Assembly: GCF_000195955.2 (NCBI RefSeq)
Contig: NC_000962.3
Location: 2,340,001-2,372,000 of the forward strand
DNA from: Mycobacterium tuberculosis H37Rv
Lineage (GTDB): Bacteria > Actinomycetota > Actinomycetes > Mycobacteriales > Mycobacteriaceae
Direction of reading: 5' to 3'
Length of the DNA: 32,000 nucleotides
Shown here: one piece after another, positions 27,711 to 32,000 of the stretch
Layout: each line of letters opens with the position of its first letter
How positions within the stretch are numbered: position 1 is the stretch's first letter
Notes under the pieces: generated by a model
The model's database searches: none
Seen by the model: the letters and a program-made list of their open reading frames with translations, nothing else
What the model was told of the DNA's origin: nothing
Made by a program: the position numbers and the translations under genes

Positions 27711-28442
27711 ATGCCCAATTTCTGGGCGTTGCCGCCCGAGATCAACTCCACCCGGATATATCTCGGCCCGGGTTCTGGCCCGATACTGGCCGCCGCCCAG
27801 GGATGGAACGCTCTGGCCAGTGAGCTGGAAAAGACGAAGGTGGGGTTGCAGTCAGCGCTCGACACGTTGCTGGAGTCGTATAGGGGTCAGTCGTCGCAGG
27901 CTTTGATACAGCAGACCTTGCCGTATGTGCAGTGGCTGACCACGACCGCCGAGCACGCCCATAAGACCGCGATCCAGCTCACGGCAGCGGCGAACGCCTA
28001 CGAGCAGGCTAGAGCGGCGATGGTGCCGCCGGCGATGGTGCGCGCGAACCGCGTGCAGACCACAGTGTTGAAGGCAATCAACTGGTTCGGGCAATTCTCC
28101 ACCAGGATCGCCGACAAGGAGGCCGACTACGAACAGATGTGGTTCCAAGACGCGCTAGTGATGGAGAACTATTGGGAAGCCGTGCAAGAGGCGATACAGT
28201 CGACGTCGCATTTTGAGGATCCACCGGAGATGGCCGACGACTACGACGAGGCCTGGATGCTCAACACCGTGTTCGACTATCACAACGAGAACGCAAAAGA
28301 GGAGGTCATCCATCTCGTGCCCGACGTGAACAAGGAGAGGGGGCCCATCGAACTCGTAACCAAGGTAGACAAAGAGGGGACCATCAGACTCGTCTACGAT
28401 GGGGAGCCCACGTTTTCATACAAGGAACATCCTAAGTTTTGA
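27711..28442 (+). CDS. PPE36: PPE family protein PPE36
   Basis: MPNFWALPPEINSTRIYLGPGSGPILAAAQGWNALASELE..., 243 aa, directly downstream of PE22. Confidence 0.94.
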   Translation: MPNFWALPPEINSTRIYLGPGSGPILAAAQGWNALASELEKTKVGLQSALDTLLESYRGQSSQALIQQTLPYVQWLTTTAEHAHKTAIQLTAAANAYEQARAAMVPPAMVRANRVQTTVLKAINWFGQFSTRIADKEADYEQMWFQDALVMENYWEAVQEAIQSTSHFEDPPEMADDYDEAWMLNTVFDYHNENAKEEVIHLVPDVNKERGPIELVTKVDKEGTIRLVYDGEPTFSYKEHPKF

Positions 28443-28982
28443 TTCGGGAACATCCTAAGAAACGGGGGGCGTCGCCGTTGGAGACGTCGCAACGTGTCCG
28501 CAGTCCCAAGGGCAACAGTGAAGGGCCCACGGTGCGATCCCCAACACCCGGCTAGAGTGCGCATAATATTTTCCCGCCTCGGCTCAAGGCGTGCACCCCC
28601 ATCACCGCTAACCATGCTGTGTATCAACAGATTTCATTGTCCCGGCCGTCGCGCGACCGACCAATAGGGTGAGTTCCATGTGCGATATCGCCTAACAGCC
28701 GGCTCCCGTACTCCCGTGGCCGATGTGATTATTGATTACGTGGATCACCATGTGGGTGATCGCGGTCGACAGCTTTGGTACCGAGCACATCGCCACAACG
28801 CGCGGTACGAATCTAGTACACAAATCCGCACCAGCCGCCATGCGACTTCGCAGGTCATAGCCCCGCAGAGTCGCCGAACCTGCCGCAGTGACAAAAGTCA
28901 GGACGGCCGGCGACGCGTCGAGCCGGGGTTAGGCGCAGTTAACGTCGCAGCGGGGTCCCAGACACGCGTCGGACTTTCGGAC

Positions 28983-29729
28983 TCAGCCCGACGATTCGCC
29001 GTCAGACTGCGGGCTTTCCTGGTCTACCAGCAACGCTTGCAGGGCGGAGCCGGTGATGCGCCGGAACGCGCGCCGTGGCCGGTTGGCATCGAGAACGGCC
29101 ACCTCTAAGCTGGCCACGCCAAGGGTGGGTTGATCACCACCCGAGGTGTCGGCACTGCCGGCCCGCAATGCAGCGACCGCGATACGCAGGGCGTCGGTCA
29201 GGCTGGCGTTCTCGGCATACGACTCTTTGAGCGCGTTGGCGATCGGCTCCGTGGTGCCGCCCATCACCACGAAATGCGGCTCGTCGGCGATCGACCCGTC
29301 GTAGGTAATACGATACAACTCAGGGCGTTTCGTCTCGCCGTAATGCGCCACCTCGGCCACACACAACTCAACCTCGTAGGGCTTGGCCTGTTCGGTGAAG
29401 ATGGTGCCTAGAGTCTGCGCGTAGACATTGGCCAACTGCCGACCCGTGACGTCACGACGGTCATAGGCGTAACCGCGGGTGTCGGCGAACTGGATCCCGC
29501 CGCGGCGCAAATTGTCGAACTCGTTGAACTTGCCCGCAGCCGCAAAACCCACCCGATCGTAGAGCTCACTGATCTTCTGCAGCGACCGCGACGGATTCTC
29601 CGCGACGAACAGCACACCACCGGCATAGGCCAGCGCCACCACGCTTTTGGCCCGCGCAATGCCCTTACGCGCCAACTCGCTGCGCTCGCGCATCGCCTGC
29701 TCAGGCGAGATGAAATACGGAAAACTCAC
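28983..29729 (-). CDS. prcA: 20S proteasome alpha subunit PrcA
   Basis: [87 protein letters not shown]. Confidence 0.97.
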
Positions 29730-30601
29730 TTCTCACCGCCATCGGAGCCGAAAGTATCCGCACCCGAACGGCTTTCGATGATCGCGCGGGCCAATTCGGC
29801 AATCCGGCTCTCCGGCACGTCAACCGCCCCGTCGGCGTCGATGATCACCGCCGTCGGAAAGATGCCCCGCACCAGGTCCGGACCGCCGGTGGCGGAGTCG
29901 TCGTCGGCGGCGTCGTAGAGCGCCTCGACCGCCACCCGCAGCCCCGAATCACCGTCGGTAACCTGCGAATACAACTTCTTCATCGACGACTTCGCGAACA
30001 GCGAACCCGAGCCCACCGCCTGATAGCCCTCTTCCTCGATGTTCCAACCGCCGGCGGCGTCGAACGAAACGATACGACCCGCGCTCTGCGGGTCAGACGC
30101 ATGAATGTCGTAGCCCGCCAGCAACGGCAACGCCAGCAGACCCTGCATCGCGGCCGCCAGATTGCCACGCACCATAATCGCCAGCCGGTTGATTTTGCCG
30201 GCAAACGTCAGCGGCACACCCTCGAGCTTCTCGTAGTGCTCAAGTTCCACGGCATACAGCCGGGCAAACTCAACCGCGACCGCAGCCGTGCCAGCGATGC
30301 CGGTAGCGGTGTAGTCATCGGTGATATACACCTTGCGCACATCACGCCCAGAAATCATGTTGCCCTGCGTCGAACGCCGGTCACCCGCCATGACAACACC
30401 GCCGGGGTATTTCAGCGCGACAATGGTGGTGCCGTGCGGCAGTTGCGCATCGCCGCCTGCGAGTGGCGCACCGCCGCTGATGCTTGCCGGCAGCAACTCC
30501 GGCGCCTGGCGGCGCAGGAAGTCAGTGAAAGAAGATAGGTCTACAGCGGGTGTTCCAGAGAGTGAATTAATGGACAGGCGATCGGGCAACGGCCAGGTCA
30601 C
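29726..30601 (-). CDS. prcB: 20S proteasome beta subunit PrcB
   Basis: Propeptide followed by catalytic Thr: GDAQLPHG|[28 protein letters not shown]; 4-bp overlaps with pup and prcA. Confidence 0.97.
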   Translation of the reverse strand: MTWPLPDRLSINSLSGTPAVDLSSFTDFLRRQAPELLPASISGGAPLAGGDAQLPHGTTIVALKYPGGVVMAGDRRSTQGNMISGRDVRKVYITDDYTATGIAGTAAVAVEFARLYAVELEHYEKLEGVPLTFAGKINRLAIMVRGNLAAAMQGLLALPLLAGYDIHASDPQSAGRIVSFDAAGGWNIEEEGYQAVGSGSLFAKSSMKKLYSQVTDGDSGLRVAVEALYDAADDDSATGGPDLVRGIFPTAVIIDADGAVDVPESRIAELARAIIESRSGADTFGSDGGEK

Positions 30602-30792
30602 TGTCCGCCCTTTTGGACGTATGCGCGGACGAAGTCCTCGGCGTTCTCCTCGAGGACGTCGTCGATTTCGTCGAGCAGATCGTCGGTCTCCTCGGTCAGC
30701 TTTTCGCGACGCTCCTGGCCCGCGGCGGTGCTGCCGGCGATGTCGTCATCATCGCCGCCGCCACCGCCACGCTTGGTCTGCTCTTGCGCCAT
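30598..30792 (-). CDS. pup: Prokaryotic ubiquitin-like protein Pup
   Basis: [64 protein letters not shown], 64 aa ending in GGQ. Confidence 0.98.
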   Translation of the reverse strand: MAQEQTKRGGGGGDDDDIAGSTAAGQERREKLTEETDDLLDEIDDVLEENAEDFVRAYVQKGGQ

Positions 30793-30904
30793 CGCCGCCT
30801 CCTGCTTCCTCATGGCCTTTCAAAAGGCCGCGGGTGCGCGTCACACGCCCGCTGTCTTTCTCTACCCTACCGGTCAACACCAACGTTTCCCGGCCTAACC
30901 AGGC

Positions 30905-32000
30905 TTAGCGAGGCTCAGCGGTCAGTTGCTCTACCAGCTCCACGGCACTGTCCACCGAATCCAGCAACGCACCAACATGCGCCTTACTACCCCGCAACGG
31001 CTCCAGCGTCGGGATGCGAACCAGCGAGTCGCCGCCCAGGTCGAAGATCACCGAGTCCCAGCTAGCCGCGGCGATATCAGCCCCGAACCGGCGCAGGCAT
31101 TCGCCGCGGAAATACGCGCGGGTGTCGGTCGGCGGGTTCTCCACCGCACTCAGCACCTGGTGTTCGGTGACTAAACGCTTCATCGAGCCGCGCGCGACCA
31201 GCCGGTTGTACAGGCCCTTGTCCAGCCGGACATCGGAGTACTGCAGGTCGACGAGGTGCAGCCGGGGCGCCGACCAGCTCAGGTTCTCCCGCTGCCGGAA
31301 ACCGTCGAGCAGCCGCAGTTTGGCCGGCCAGTCCAGCAGCTCCGCGCAATCCATCGGGTCACGCTCGAGCTGATCCAGCACGTGTGCCCAGGTTTCCACG
31401 ATGTCGGCCGCCCGCGGGTCCGGGTCGCGGCTATCCACCAACTTAGCCACTCGGTCCAGGTAGATCCGTTGCAGCGCAAGACCGGTCAGTTCCCGGCCGT
31501 CGGCCAGCGCAACGGTCGCTCGCAGCGACGGATCGCGGGAGATTGCGTGCACCGCATGTACCGGGCGGGCCAGCGCCAGGTCGGTCAGATCTATTGCGTG
31601 GGCTGGTCCTTCTTCGATCAGGTCGAGCACCAGCGCCGTGGTACCCAACTTCAGATAGGTCGACGTCTCGGCAAGGTTGGCGTCGCCGATGATGACGTGC
31701 AGCCGGCGGTACCTGTCGGCGTCGGCGTGCGGTTCGTCGCGGGTGTTGATGATGCCGCGCTTGAGCGTTGTTTCCAGCCCTACCTCGACCTCGATGTAGT
31801 CCGAACGCTGGGATAGCTGGAAGCCGGGCTCATCACCCGAGGGCCCGATGCCGACCCGGCCCGAGCCGGTCACCACCTGCCGGGATACCAGAAAGGGGGT
31901 CAGCCCGGTGATGATCGCCGAGAACGGTGTCTGCCGCGACATCAGGTAGTTCTCGTGCGACCCGTAGGAGGCTCCCTTGCCGTCGACGTTGTTCTTGTAC
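30905..32000 (-). CDS. dop: Pup deamidase/depupylase Dop, 5' end beyond window
   Basis: [50 protein letters not shown]...; frame open to the window edge; paralogous to pafA. Confidence 0.96.
   Translation of the reverse strand, partial: YKNNVDGKGASYGSHENYLMSRQTPFSAIITGLTPFLVSRQVVTGSGRVGIGPSGDEPGFQLSQRSDYIEVEVGLETTLKRGIINTRDEPHADADRYRRLHVIIGDANLAETSTYLKLGTTALVLDLIEEGPAHAIDLTDLALARPVHAVHAISRDPSLRATVALADGRELTGLALQRIYLDRVAKLVDSRDPDPRAADIVETWAHVLDQLERDPMDCAELLDWPAKLRLLDGFRQRENLSWSAPRLHLVDLQYSDVRLDKGLYNRLVARGSMKRLVTEHQVLSAVENPPTDTRAYFRGECLRRFGADIAAASWDSVIFDLGGDSLVRIPTLEPLRGSKAHVGALLDSVDSAVELVEQLTAEPR

Overview
From recognised gene content and order, this window is a Mycobacterium tuberculosis-complex chromosome segment, roughly Rv2082-Rv2112c of H37Rv. 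Window position + 2,340,000 appears to equal the H37Rv coordinate; this is from memory, not a search. The main system is the known Pup-proteasome pathway in two blocks: pafA/pafB/pafC with tatA, tatC and helY (9334-16677, minus strand), and dop/pup/prcB/prcA (28983 to the right edge, minus strand). About 12.3 kb of accessory DNA separates them: a frameshifted PE_PGRS gene, a 13E12-type HNH protein, a SNF2 helicase plus SWIM-protein pair, VapBC37, an intact IS6110 and PE22/PPE36. The left part holds Rv2082-Rv2084, a decayed IS3-family element, pknJ, divergent pepE/Rv2090 with a 57-bp in-frame tandem repeat, and Rv2091c. I found no convincing undescribed multi-gene system. Observations that seem less obvious are: (1) Rv2084 is a full-length internal duplication whose second half continues in another frame, so the annotated C-terminus looks like a frameshift artefact or decay; (2) a relic copy of the prcA 3' end lies near 24.84-25.04 kb, about 4 kb from the real prcA end; (3) a transposase OrfA remnant with an in-frame stop lies just left of IS6110; (4) a perfect 17-bp inverted-repeat site and a 20-aa leader-like ORF lie between IS6110 and PE22/PPE36; (5) PE21 and PE_PGRS36 are one gene split by a one-base frameshift.
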